A stretch of 64,000 nt of DNA. It comes from Armatimonadota bacterium. GTDB taxonomy: Bacteria > Armatimonadota > UBA10988. The number at the start of each line of letters is the position of its first letter. The first letter of the stretch is position 1. The stretch lies in the NCBI GenBank assembly GCA_016235455.1, contig JACRKZ010000027.1, positions 1 through 64,000 on the forward strand, given 5' to 3'. Shown here in pieces: positions 9,256 through 18,875 of the stretch. Under the pieces are notes generated by a model. It was not told the origin of the DNA, made no database searches, and worked only from the letters and a program-made list of their open reading frames with translations. Both the position numbers and the translations under genes were made by a program.

Positions 9256-12200
9256 GCCGCGCGGCCTCGACCGCGGTGGCATGATGGCGGCTGTCGGCGC
9301 CCTCTATCTCGGCGTAGAAGCGCAGCATCACGGGTCCCAGCGGCGAGGCGGTCTCGGCGTGGAGCAGATCGCTGGTGTAGGTGCCATCACCGGCCGCAGC
9401 ATCGCCGTCCTTGCCGTTGTCCGCCATGGCCGCGGAGCGCCCCACGTCCAGCACACGTCGCGCGTCGCGATAGGCGACCGGCACGACCACCCGGCCCACC
9501 GGCGCAATCGGGCCGACCACTCGCGCGCTGACCCGCACCTGGTCGCGGTCGCGGGCGGTCAGCGTGCTGGGGCAGACGATGTCGGTGATCGACGGGCCGT
9601 CGCCCAGGTCGCGCGGATCCACTTGCACACGGGCCAACTGCGGCCGGTCCTTGGCGTCGTAGACGACGTAGATGCCCAACCGGCCGCGGCGGTCCACGGT
9701 CAGATCCTGCATCAGCGCCGTGCTCAGCCGCGCGTTGCGCAGGGACACGGGCGTGGCCAACGGCAACGGTTCGGCGCCCTCCGCCGACCAGACGATGCCC
9801 TCCTGCCCGAAGACGGCCGCGCCGCGCTCAGACATGCAGACGCTGCCCATGGGCGCGGCACTGCGAGTCATCAGCCGTTGATGGCCGCCGTTGGCATCCA
9901 TGATCCAGCCTTCGTAGCCCTCCTTGCCGGCGCGCTGGGCGCTCAGGGCCACGCAGCTGCCGTCGCCGCTCATGCCTACCGAGCAGACGCCGCCACCGCC
10001 CTCAAGGGTGAACACGCGGCGCAGGTCCTGGCCGTTCGTACCCACTACCAACGCGTGGCGCCGGCTCTTCAGGCCGCGCTCGCTGGCGATGAAGATGAGC
10101 CATTGGCCATCGTCGGAGACATCGAGCCCGCGGCCATTGGACCCACTGGTGATGGATCCCAGATCGGTGACGGCGATGCCGAGCGCCGTGGCGATAGCCT
10201 TCTCATCGACGATCAGTCGCGGCGGGCCAGCGTCGGTCGTGGCATACAGCCCCTTCTCGAGCGTGGTCGGCGTGTCGGTCAGGCGCGTCCTGGCGCTGAT
10301 GGCGAAGTACAGCGTGCCGCCCTCGGGCGACAGGCGGATGCTGGCCAATCCGCCATCGACACGCAGCACCTGCCGCGCAGCGCCGCCGCCAACGCCGACC
10401 ACACGCACCTGGCGCCAGTCGGTTGAGGCGATGGCCGTGCCGTGAGCATTGATGTCGACGGTCAGGTCGACATAGAGCAGCGGTCTGTACGTGTCCAGCC
10501 ATCGGAACCCACTGCCGTCGGGCCGGATGGTGGCCACGCGGCCCTTGCCCTCCTTGTCGGCCCGGTCGGGCGCGAACGCCATCGCAACGCTGACCCCATT
10601 GCGGCTCAGCATCGGCTGGATGCCGTTGCCCAATGCCATCCTGTCCTCGAACGCGGTGATCTGTCGGTAGCCCAGCACGCGGCCGGGCCGGCCGAGGTCG
10701 TCTGGAGCCGTCCCGCCGGGCGCAGTCGGCACGGTGCCGCCGCCCGGAGTAGTCGGTGCGCCGCCGCCGGGCGTAACCGGTGCGCCGCCGCCGGGCGTAA
10801 CCGGTGCGCCGCCGCCGGGCGTGACCGGTGCGCCGCCGCCGGGCGTGACCGGTGCGCCGCCGCCGGGCGTGACCGGTGCGCCGCCGCCGGGCGTGGTCGG
10901 CGCCTTACTGTCGATGGTCAGCCAGACCATGCCGCCAGCGCCGGCGCGGGCCCGAGCGGTGGCGCCGGAGTCCAGATTGACGTACCGCTTGGCGGACCAG
11001 GCCGGCACGACCAGAATGGCATCCTTGGTCACCACCACCGTCTCGGCGATGGGCTGGGCAGTGTGGCGGACGGCGAACGCGCCGCCCTTGCCGATCACGG
11101 TGAGCAGCGGAGTGCGCACCGCGAACTGGGTGATGCCTGGCACCAGCCGACAGGCCTTGACCTCCACTTCGCCGACCCGCAGATCCAGCAGGCCAGGCTG
11201 CTCGTCGTCGGCCTCGGCCGATTGCGCGACGGTCACCTCGGTGCCAGCGCCGATGCGCATGACCTGGCGTTCGGTGGCGCCGGCCGGTGCGCTGCCGTGC
11301 AACCAGGCCTGACCGTCAGCGCCGGTCCGCAAGGCCGCGCCGAGCTCCAAAGACTGGCCCGGCGTGGCGCTCTTCCAATCCGCGCCAGGCGACTGCACTT
11401 GCACCTCGCCCAGCGGCTGGTCGAGCGTGGCGCCAACCGACGACCGCTGGCCACCGCCGCCGGGGGACGCCACCAGCAGGTGCTTTCGGCCGCGGAACGT
11501 CTGGCCCAGGAACCCAGCCACCGTCGAGGCCACATCGGTCACGCGCGGGCGCTGGCCGTTCTCGACCGTGCGCTGGAGCACGTCGAGGATGGGCTGGATG
11601 TCATGCGCCTGCCACTGAGCCACCATGAACGGGATGGTCATGTCCGTGGTCTTCAGGCTGCCATGCTCGCCGAAAACGGGGCCATCCTCGGCGTAGAACT
11701 CGGGATAGCGCGGCACCAGGACAACATCGCCGCTGCGGTCACAGGTGTGCAACTGCAGCCGCTCGGCCAGGAAGGCGACGTCGGTCTCATTCCGTTTCCA
11801 GCCGAGGCGCTCGCCGAAGTCGTTGCCGGTGCGCCGCAGGTAGTCGCCGATCGTCTCCAGGCTGCCGTCGTCGCGGTAGACGCGGTAAGGCGCTTCCCAG
11901 CCGCCGCTGGCATCGCGCACGAGGATCAGATCGAAGTACGGGCCCGGTCCCAGTTCGGGCACACCGTCCTTGTTCATACGGCCGAAGCTGGCCGCGACCT
12001 GCAGCACCGTGCGGAAGTCGGGCGCGTCGGCCCAGCCCAGCAGTTCAGACGACCGCGGCGGGATGACCGTGAGCGCCGGAGGCGGCGTGTCCAGATTGGC
12101 CTGACGGCGCGCGCGGACATGCACGTGCGCCAAGCCGCCGTTCTGTGTGATAACCACATCGCTCATCGACAGCGTGGTGATCGGTGTCCAGTCGTACGGT

Positions 12201-13954
12201 GTCCAGCTCTCGAGGCCGAGCGCCTTGTTGAGCACGCGCCGCGTGATGAACTTACCCTTTTGGATGTCCGTCTGGCCGTGGTCGGCGGTGAGGATGAACA
12301 CTGCGCCCGGGCAGTTGTCCATGACGAACTCGAGGACGCGCCCTATCTCGGGGTCGACCACCCGCGTCAGGTAGTCACGCTGCTTGTTGGCCTCGGTGTC
12401 GTCGACCACATGGCCGGTGTGGTCCACACCCGCGAAGTACAGCGTCAAGATCGACGGCCACTGGTCGGACGCCTGGCCCCGGAGCGCCTCGAGCCAGGTC
12501 TGCGCGGCCGTCGACATGCCCTGGTCGTACAACGCGGTGGTGGCCGCGGGAATGTAGGCCGCCATCAAGTCCGGCGTCGGCACCCAGCGGTCGGCGGCCG
12601 CCACACCATTGGCGTACTGGTTGGAGAAGACCGCTGAACGGCCTACGCCGGGCTTGCCGGCCATGGCCTCGTAGATGGTCTCGGCGCGCACGGCGCGGTC
12701 GGCCAGCGCGTTGACGTAGTAGACACCGACTGCGTCGGTGGCCGTGCGGTCGAAGCCATAGACCTCGGCCTTGCCGCTCATGTCGCCCAGCCGGTCGAAG
12801 ACCATGTTGCCCGTGACGCCGTGCACGCCCGGCTCGACGCCGGTGAAGATGCTGGCCTGTGTGGCGAAGGTATATGACGGGAAGACCGTGGCCGTGTCCA
12901 GCAGGTAGACGCCGTGCTCGAACTCGCGCCGACGCAGCACAGCGCCGCCGGCGTCACCGAGCGAGGTCTGCTCGCCCAACAGTAACGCCAGGTTCTTGGC
13001 CAGACCGCCGCGGATGCAGTCGAGCAGAATGTCCGGTCGCATGCCGTCGATGTCGAGGATGATGACCAGCGGATGGACGGCGAACGGTGCCCGCCCGCGC
13101 TTGCCGTCGGGCAGCGCCACGGCGACGGTGCGCGGGCCCAGCGCCGTGTCGGGCGCAATGGTGATCAGGCAGTCCAGGCGTTGCGTGTGCGTGCGCGGGT
13201 CGGTGAGCAGCGTAGGCTCACCGAGCTGCTTGATGCCAGGGCCGAAGTCAACCGTGGCGCCGGTCAAGTCCTGCGCCGAGGACAGGCTGACCAGCGTGCT
13301 GGTGGCCGGCCCGCTGAACGTCGGACTGGCCTTGACGGCGAATCCGTCTGGCTTGCTCGAGTAGCGCCAGACGATGGACGCGCCCCAGTAGACTCCCCAC
13401 TTGCAGTCAATGCGGTAAGCGCCATCGCTGTCGAACTTGCGCTCCGGAAACCCCAACTCGGTCGACCAGTCCGCCGACGGACGGTCCCGGTCGAGCAGGA
13501 TCTCGCCGTAGTTGGTGATGTCCAGGCCACCGCCCGACACCCAGAGCGACACTTTGCCCAAGTGCGTCCCAGTCAACTGAGCGTGGATGCGCAGCGGCAC
13601 CTTGGTACCGCCCTGGACCTGCCCGGCGGGTGGCGCCGTGTAGGTCACGACAAACCCACCCGTGAGATCAGGCTGCCCCTGGTCCTTCAACACCCAAGAG
13701 GCCTTCATGCCCGCCGCGGTCACCTCGTCGACCGGCCAAGCGGTGATGTGTCCGGTACCCAGTTCGGCCGGTCCCGGCGCCGGATGGTTGATCTCGACTT
13801 TGGTTTGGTACCAGGCGCGGACCCCGTCGGCCGCTGGCGCCTGTGCGCGGAGCGGCACGCTGCACAGCAGCACGAGGAAGACCGCTCCCAGGATCCCTGC
13901 ACAAGGACACCGCCACACACCAAGGGCAGCCGACCGCATCGCCTGTCTCCCCAT
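9233..13954 (-). CDS. Multidomain secreted protein: Ig-like + alkaline phosphatase/NPP superfamily + FecR-like + Pro/Gly linker + TolB-like propeller + choice-of-anchor-X-like domain
   Basis: NPP motifs ILDIDGMR, PSYTF..ASIFTG..P..HG..GN, YFAGVDHTGH, TADHG and GEHGS. FecR-like LRTGADGQA..RIGAGTEV..FAVRTP. C-terminal MADNGKDGDAAAGDGTYT. Confidence 0.8.
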   Translation of the reverse strand: MGRQAMRSAALGVWRCPCAGILGAVFLVLLCSVPLRAQAPAADGVRAWYQTKVEINHPAPGPAELGTGHITAWPVDEVTAAGMKASWVLKDQGQPDLTGGFVVTYTAPPAGQVQGGTKVPLRIHAQLTGTHLGKVSLWVSGGGLDITNYGEILLDRDRPSADWSTELGFPERKFDSDGAYRIDCKWGVYWGASIVWRYSSKPDGFAVKASPTFSGPATSTLVSLSSAQDLTGATVDFGPGIKQLGEPTLLTDPRTHTQRLDCLITIAPDTALGPRTVAVALPDGKRGRAPFAVHPLVIILDIDGMRPDILLDCIRGGLAKNLALLLGEQTSLGDAGGAVLRRREFEHGVYLLDTATVFPSYTFATQASIFTGVEPGVHGVTGNMVFDRLGDMSGKAEVYGFDRTATDAVGVYYVNALADRAVRAETIYEAMAGKPGVGRSAVFSNQYANGVAAADRWVPTPDLMAAYIPAATTALYDQGMSTAAQTWLEALRGQASDQWPSILTLYFAGVDHTGHVVDDTEANKQRDYLTRVVDPEIGRVLEFVMDNCPGAVFILTADHGQTDIQKGKFITRRVLNKALGLESWTPYDWTPITTLSMSDVVITQNGGLAHVHVRARRQANLDTPPPALTVIPPRSSELLGWADAPDFRTVLQVAASFGRMNKDGVPELGPGPYFDLILVRDASGGWEAPYRVYRDDGSLETIGDYLRRTGNDFGERLGWKRNETDVAFLAERLQLHTCDRSGDVVLVPRYPEFYAEDGPVFGEHGSLKTTDMTIPFMVAQWQAHDIQPILDVLQRTVENGQRPRVTDVASTVAGFLGQTFRGRKHLLVASPGGGGQRSSVGATLDQPLGEVQVQSPGADWKSATPGQSLELGAALRTGADGQAWLHGSAPAGATERQVMRIGAGTEVTVAQSAEADDEQPGLLDLRVGEVEVKACRLVPGITQFAVRTPLLTVIGKGGAFAVRHTAQPIAETVVVTKDAILVVPAWSAKRYVNLDSGATARARAGAGGMVWLTIDSKAPTTPGGGAPVTPGGGAPVTPGGGAPVTPGGGAPVTPGGGAPVTPGGGAPTTPGGGTVPTAPGGTAPDDLGRPGRVLGYRQITAFEDRMALGNGIQPMLSRNGVSVAMAFAPDRADKEGKGRVATIRPDGSGFRWLDTYRPLLYVDLTVDINAHGTAIASTDWRQVRVVGVGGGAARQVLRVDGGLASIRLSPEGGTLYFAISARTRLTDTPTTLEKGLYATTDAGPPRLIVDEKAIATALGIAVTDLGSITSGSNGRGLDVSDDGQWLIFIASERGLKSRRHALVVGTNGQDLRRVFTLEGGGGVCSVGMSGDGSCVALSAQRAGKEGYEGWIMDANGGHQRLMTRSAAPMGSVCMSERGAAVFGQEGIVWSAEGAEPLPLATPVSLRNARLSTALMQDLTVDRRGRLGIYVVYDAKDRPQLARVQVDPRDLGDGPSITDIVCPSTLTARDRDQVRVSARVVGPIAPVGRVVVPVAYRDARRVLDVGRSAAMADNGKDGDAAAGDGTYTSDLLHAETASPLGPVMLRFYAEIEGADSRHHATAVEAARPNVVAPR
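10754..10897. repeat. Intragenic 24-bp tandem repeat x6 (encodes TPGGGAPV/T)
   Basis: Unit CGGTGCGCCGCCGCCGGGCGT(A/G)AC at 10754, 10778, 10802, 10826, 10850 and 10874, plus a degenerate flanking copy. Confidence 0.95.
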
Positions 13955-14050
13955 GGGAACGACGGCCCGCGCGGCGGCGCTGTGCGGCGCCGTTGCCGGC
14001 TGGGCTACGGCGATTGTGCCTTGGGCATATTGCGCTGGTGTGTCGCGCTG

Positions 14051-14971
14051 TCAGGGACGAGTCGGCGGCTCGATCACCCGCGCGGCGGGGCCTGGTTCGC
14101 CCCATCCGCCGGGGTTGCGCTCGATGCTCTGGTCCTGCTCAAACAGCCGGCGATTGGCCTCGAACCGCTCGCGCATGAGCGCTTGGGCCTCGGCATCGCC
14201 GCGATGCACCTCGAACTTGCGCGGGTGCCACTGGTGCAGCATGGTGGCCTGCTCGTGGATCCACACGCCGCGCAGCCCGTCGCGCAGCGCGCGCTCGGAG
14301 AAGTCCTGGTCCATGTAGCCCCACAGCACCATGCGCTCATCGAACCCACGCACACGCTCGACCCATTCGCGGCTGACCGACAGGCACGGGCCGGTGGCGT
14401 GTTCGCCCACCCACTCCGCGGCGGCTTGGAGCCGGGCGAAGTCGGTCACGGGGTCCAGCCCGCCCTCGAGCGCATCGCGGTCGAGATCCATGAACTGGGC
14501 CAGTACGATGGCCGGCTCGAAGGCCAGGTGCGCGCGCAGCACGGTTTCGACGAAGTTGGGCGCGAAGAGCATGTCGATGTCGGTGGCCAGGATGTAGCGG
14601 CCGACCGACGTGGCGCGGATCGCCGCGTTCAGTGCCCAACTCTTGTTCCACTGCGGGTCGGGGTTGTTCAGCTCCACCAGCCGGGCGCGGAAGCGGGCGC
14701 ACGACTCGCGCAGTTGATCGAGCGTGGCCTCGTCGCTGCCGAAGTCGGCGATGGTGACATCGACGCACTGCTCGGGCAGCGTCTGCGCGCGCAGCGTGGC
14801 CAGGAACCGGTCGACCCGCGCGCCGCCCCGGTTGCGCACCGCCACCGCCACGGCCAGCGTCTCGGCGGCCAGGCGCGCGGGCGGCAGCGCGCGCGCGACC
14901 GACCAGCGGCGCCGCTCGTCGAGGTGGCGGGCCACCCGCGCCGGATGCAGCTTGGCGGCGAGCCGCTTCAT
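14051..14971 (-). CDS. Glycosyltransferase family 2 (GT-A fold, Glyco_transf_7C-like C-terminus)
   Basis: VAVRNR, ADFGS, WNKSWALN, TDIDMLF, GFDERMVLWGYMDQD and HQWH. Confidence 0.88.
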   Translation of the reverse strand: MKRLAAKLHPARVARHLDERRRWSVARALPPARLAAETLAVAVAVRNRGGARVDRFLATLRAQTLPEQCVDVTIADFGSDEATLDQLRESCARFRARLVELNNPDPQWNKSWALNAAIRATSVGRYILATDIDMLFAPNFVETVLRAHLAFEPAIVLAQFMDLDRDALEGGLDPVTDFARLQAAAEWVGEHATGPCLSVSREWVERVRGFDERMVLWGYMDQDFSERALRDGLRGVWIHEQATMLHQWHPRKFEVHRGDAEAQALMRERFEANRRLFEQDQSIERNPGGWGEPGPAARVIEPPTRP

Positions 14972-14973
14972 GG

Positions 14974-15882
14974 TCAGCGACGCCTTTCGGGCGGCTCGAT
15001 GACCAGGCCGTCGGCGGGCAGTTGGCCCCACTCGAAGCCCTCGTTGCGCACCACGGTCTCGCTGGTGGCGACGATGTGGCGGTTGGGCTCGTCATGCCGA
15101 TGATACGACACATGGTCGAGCGCTTGCTCGGGCGTGCTCGGCGGATCGTAGCGGCGGTAGTGCCACTGATGCAGCAGCGTCGTCTGCCCGTGGATCCAGA
15201 CGTCGACCAGCCCGTCGCGCTTGGCGCGGTGGTGGATGTCGGCGTCGTCGTGATCCTCGCCGAACAGCCGCTCATCAAAGCCGCGAATGGCATGGAACCA
15301 CTCGCGCGGCGCGGCGGTGCACGGCCCCGTGGCGCCGTCGTCGTACCAGATGCCCAGCGCGTGCAGCCGCTCGAACTCAGCCACCGGGTCGGTGTCGGGG
15401 CCGATGGCGTCTTCGGGCAGATCCATGAACTGGCACAGCGTCAGCGCGCGCGGATAGGCCAGTTGCGTGCGCATCACCCACTCGAGCAGGTTGGGCGCGA
15501 AGAGCATGTCGATGTCGGTACACAGAGCGATGCGACACCAGGTGGGCATCTGCCGCAACCCGACATTGAGCGCATGGCCGCGCCGTCGTTCAAGGTGCGA
15601 CGGCACGCTGTAGCCGACATAACGCACGCGCCAGTCGAGGCAGGCCTCACGCAGGCTGGCCGCGTGGTCGGGCTCGCTGCCGTAGTCGACCAGCGTGATG
15701 TCGACCATGTCGGGCGGCATGGTCTGTCGTCTGAGCGTGCGCATGAAGTTGTCCACGCGCTGGCCGGAGCGGTTGCGCGCCGCCACCACCACGCCCAGCC
15801 CGACCGTACTCCAGCGCCGCTCGGGCATCGATGCGGCTCGATGCTCGCAGTAGGCGCGACCCAGTTTGCGTACGACCTTCAT
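14974..15882 (-). CDS. Glycosyltransferase family 2 (paralog of the neighbouring gene)
   Basis: VAARNR, VDYGS, HALNVG, TDIDMLF, GFDERLFGEDHDDAD and HQWH. Confidence 0.88.
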   Translation of the reverse strand: MKVVRKLGRAYCEHRAASMPERRWSTVGLGVVVAARNRSGQRVDNFMRTLRRQTMPPDMVDITLVDYGSEPDHAASLREACLDWRVRYVGYSVPSHLERRRGHALNVGLRQMPTWCRIALCTDIDMLFAPNLLEWVMRTQLAYPRALTLCQFMDLPEDAIGPDTDPVAEFERLHALGIWYDDGATGPCTAAPREWFHAIRGFDERLFGEDHDDADIHHRAKRDGLVDVWIHGQTTLLHQWHYRRYDPPSTPEQALDHVSYHRHDEPNRHIVATSETVVRNEGFEWGQLPADGLVIEPPERRR

Positions 15883-17582
15883 GCCTGTGTCAATCCTCGC
15901 GTGTCGCTGGCAACCACCAGCCGGTGCTCTTCCAGCACGAGCACGCGGTCCACGTCCTTCAAGGCGGACTCATGGTGCGCGATGATCAGCACCGTGCGTC
16001 CGACCATCAGCCGGGTCAAGGCCTCGGTGACCAGCGCTGCCGTGTGCGCGTCCACATGCGACGTTGCCTCGTCCAGGATCAAGATGCGCGGGTTACGCAG
16101 CAGCGCGCGCGCGATGGCGATGCGCTGGCGTTGGCCGCCGGACAGCTTCACGCCCTGGTCGCCGACAAAGGTATCATACCCCTCGACGAGATTCTCGATG
16201 AACTCGTGCGCATTGGCCGCGCGCGACGCGGCGATCACCTCGTCATCCGAGGCGTCGAGCCGGGCGTAGGCGATGTTCTCGCGTACGGTACCGCTGAACA
16301 GCCCGACCTCCTGGGGCACGATGCTCACGGCCTCCAGCAGCACCTCGGGCGCCAGTTGGCGGATGTCGATGCCATCGATGCAGATGCAGCCGGCCTGTGG
16401 CTCGTACAACCCGAGCGCCAGACTGGCCAGCGTGGACTTGCCCGATCCGCTGGGCCCGACCAGGGCCACGCACTCGCCCGGCGCGATCTCGGCCTCGGCA
16501 TCCTCGAAGACGACGGTGCCGTCGGGATAGGCGAAGCTCAGATGGCGAATGGACAGAGCGCCAAGCCACTGCGCTGGGGGCTCGGTGTAGCACGCCACGG
16601 GCGTGGGCAGCGGCTCGGCCAGCACTTCGAGCAAGCGCGTCGCCGCGCCGACGGCCTGCTGGTAGCGGCTGTAGGCCAACGACACGGCGTTGACCGCGCT
16701 ACGCATGGTGCCCAGGTAAGCGACGATGGCAATCAGGCCGCCCACGCTCATCTGGCCCGAGGTGATGCGCAGGCCGCCCAGCAACAGCACGCCCGCGAAG
16801 CCCAGCAGCACGACCAGTTCGGCCACGAACTCGACCACCGACATGGCGCGGATGTTGATCAGCCGCATGTCCAGGCTGGCGTCGTTGGCCTCCACGAAGC
16901 GCGAGGTCTCATACTCGGTGCGGCAGAAGGCGCGCACGATGCGCACATTGGCCACGCTCTCGATGAACTGCGTGGTGAGCCGCGAGAGCACGGTCTGGTT
17001 GCGGTCCGAAAGGTCGCGGATGCGGCCGCTGCTCAGCGCCAGCACGGCGTAGAGCACGGGGAACACGGCGAAGGCCGCGGTGCCCAGCAGCCAGTCGCGC
17101 CAGAAGACGAGGGCCGCCGCGCCCACCACCACCACCGGCGCGGTGAAGACCTGCACCATGCCGTCGTGCAGCAGAAACTGGATGGCGGTGATGTCGTTGG
17201 TGATGTTGGAGACCAGCGCGCCCGTGCGTTGGTCATCGTAGAAGCCCAGCCGTAGCCGCTGCAGATGCACATAGACATCGCGCCGCACGTCCACCGCCAT
17301 GCGCTGCGTGACCGAGGCCGCCAGGAACGAACTGACCGACTGCGCCACGCGCCGCACCAGCAGCACGACGACCATGCCGATGGTGATGACGAACAGGGCA
17401 TGGACCTGCTGGGCCTGGCTGCCGTCTGGCGGCCGCAGCACATCGTCGGTCAGCCGGCTGTAGAAGACCGGCAGCGTCAGGTTGAGGCCGGCCACCACGT
17501 AGGACAGTAGCATGGCGGCGCCCACGCGAGGCCATTGGCGCTTGGCGTGAATCAGAAACGGCGACAGGGGGCCGAGGTTCAT
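15879..17582 (-). CDS. ABC exporter, fused TMD-NBD (MsbA-like)
   Basis: Six-TM N-terminus, Walker A GPSGSGKS, signature LSGGQRQR and Walker B ILILDEATS. Confidence 0.93.
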   Translation of the reverse strand: MNLGPLSPFLIHAKRQWPRVGAAMLLSYVVAGLNLTLPVFYSRLTDDVLRPPDGSQAQQVHALFVITIGMVVVLLVRRVAQSVSSFLAASVTQRMAVDVRRDVYVHLQRLRLGFYDDQRTGALVSNITNDITAIQFLLHDGMVQVFTAPVVVVGAAALVFWRDWLLGTAAFAVFPVLYAVLALSSGRIRDLSDRNQTVLSRLTTQFIESVANVRIVRAFCRTEYETSRFVEANDASLDMRLINIRAMSVVEFVAELVVLLGFAGVLLLGGLRITSGQMSVGGLIAIVAYLGTMRSAVNAVSLAYSRYQQAVGAATRLLEVLAEPLPTPVACYTEPPAQWLGALSIRHLSFAYPDGTVVFEDAEAEIAPGECVALVGPSGSGKSTLASLALGLYEPQAGCICIDGIDIRQLAPEVLLEAVSIVPQEVGLFSGTVRENIAYARLDASDDEVIAASRAANAHEFIENLVEGYDTFVGDQGVKLSGGQRQRIAIARALLRNPRILILDEATSHVDAHTAALVTEALTRLMVGRTVLIIAHHESALKDVDRVLVLEEHRLVVASDTRGLTQA

Positions 17583-18475
17583 CGGCGCGGCTCCAGCACC
17601 AGCGCCGCCGCGCCATAGAGCTGGCTGTGCAGCCCCAGCGACGCGGGCTCCAGGCGCAGGTGCTCGCGGCGCTCACGCATCATCCAACGCCGAGCCTGCT
17701 CGGCCACCGGGCGGGTCAGCGCCGCGCCGGCCAGCGAGACGCCGCCGCCGATGGTGATCAGGTCGGGGTCATAGGCGTGCTGCACCGCGGCGATGCCACG
17801 GCCGTAGTCCTCGAAGATGGCTTCCAGCACGGCGCGCGCCTGCTCGTCGCCGCTGGCCACCGCGTCGAACAAGGCCTTGGCATGGGGCAGGCCCGAGCGT
17901 TCGCCCATGGCCGAGCCGCTGCACTGTCGCTCCAGGCAGCCGCGGCTGCCACAGACGCACGGCCGGCCCAGCGGATTGACCGTGTTGTGCCCCACCTCGC
18001 CAGCCAGGCCGCGAGCACCCTTGAACAGCCAGCCGTCGCTGACGATGCCACTGCCGATGCCAGTCGAACAGGTCATGAAGACGATGGTGTGCACCTGGCC
18101 CCAGTGGCCGAACCAGTACTCGCCGAGCGCGCCGCAATTGGCGTCGTTCTCGACCTTGGCAGGCAGGCCCAGCCGTGCCGACAGCCCGCCGCCGACATCC
18201 ACCCCGGCCCACCCGGGCACATGCACGCTGATCACGTTGCCGTCGCGGTCCACGGGTCCGCCAAACGACACACCCACGCCGACCAGCTCCGACCGCGGCT
18301 GAGCCGACACGGCCAGGGCGGCGGCGGCGTCCAGAATGGCCGGCCAGTACTCGGCGGCGTTGTAGGTGACGTTGCGCACCTCGGTGACGTCGGTCAGCTC
18401 GCCGGCAGCGCTGACCAGCGCCAGCATGGCGCGCGAACCACTGATGTCCAGCGTGAGAGCAGTCGGAGTGGGCAT
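17579..18475 (-). CDS. ROK family sugar kinase
   Basis: LDISGS, ENDANCGALGE, STGIGSG, GEVGH and C.CG..GCLE. Start inferred at MPTPTAL. Confidence 0.9.
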   Translation of the reverse strand: MPTPTALTLDISGSRAMLALVSAAGELTDVTEVRNVTYNAAEYWPAILDAAAALAVSAQPRSELVGVGVSFGGPVDRDGNVISVHVPGWAGVDVGGGLSARLGLPAKVENDANCGALGEYWFGHWGQVHTIVFMTCSTGIGSGIVSDGWLFKGARGLAGEVGHNTVNPLGRPCVCGSRGCLERQCSGSAMGERSGLPHAKALFDAVASGDEQARAVLEAIFEDYGRGIAAVQHAYDPDLITIGGGVSLAGAALTRPVAEQARRWMMRERREHLRLEPASLGLHSQLYGAAALVLEPRR

Positions 18476-18492
18476 ACGTCCTCGCAGACGGG

Positions 18493-18831
18493 TCAGTCGC
18501 AGTGGAACACTTCGTCGGCGGCGGCCCACCACTCGCCCTCGGCACGGTCGGGCAGTGGCTCCTGGCAGGGCTTGCAGACGGCCCACCAGTCCTGGGTGGT
18601 GGGGTCGGCGGCCATCTTCGCCGCGTCGGCGGCGAAGTCGTCGCCCACGTACTCGAAGTAGCTGAACAGGTAGTGCTGCCCATCGGGCAGGCGGCGCAGG
18701 TAGATCGAGTAGTTGCGGATGCCGCACTCGCGGATCATGGCCAACACCGCCGGCCAGACCGCGGCGTGCAGCCGCTTGTACTCGGCGATCTGGTCTTCCT
18801 TGACACCAATGATCGAGCCATACCGTTGCAT
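18493..18831 (-). CDS. rhaM: L-rhamnose mutarotase
   Basis: EYKRLHAAVWP, GIRNYSIY, LFSYFEY and DPTTQDWW. Confidence 0.88.
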   Translation of the reverse strand: MQRYGSIIGVKEDQIAEYKRLHAAVWPAVLAMIRECGIRNYSIYLRRLPDGQHYLFSYFEYVGDDFAADAAKMAADPTTQDWWAVCKPCQEPLPDRAEGEWWAAADEVFHCD

Positions 18832-18875
18832 GTTGGGATCCCCGTGAATACTATCGGCGCGAGTCACCGCGGACG

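Noticed and set aside
10754-10897. CRISPR array
   Set aside because: The repeats are contiguous with no spacers, lie in frame within a CDS, and no cas genes are present.
14051-17582. Glycocin/RiPP cluster
   Set aside because: The exporter has no C39 peptidase domain and no Cys-containing precursor ORF is evident nearby.
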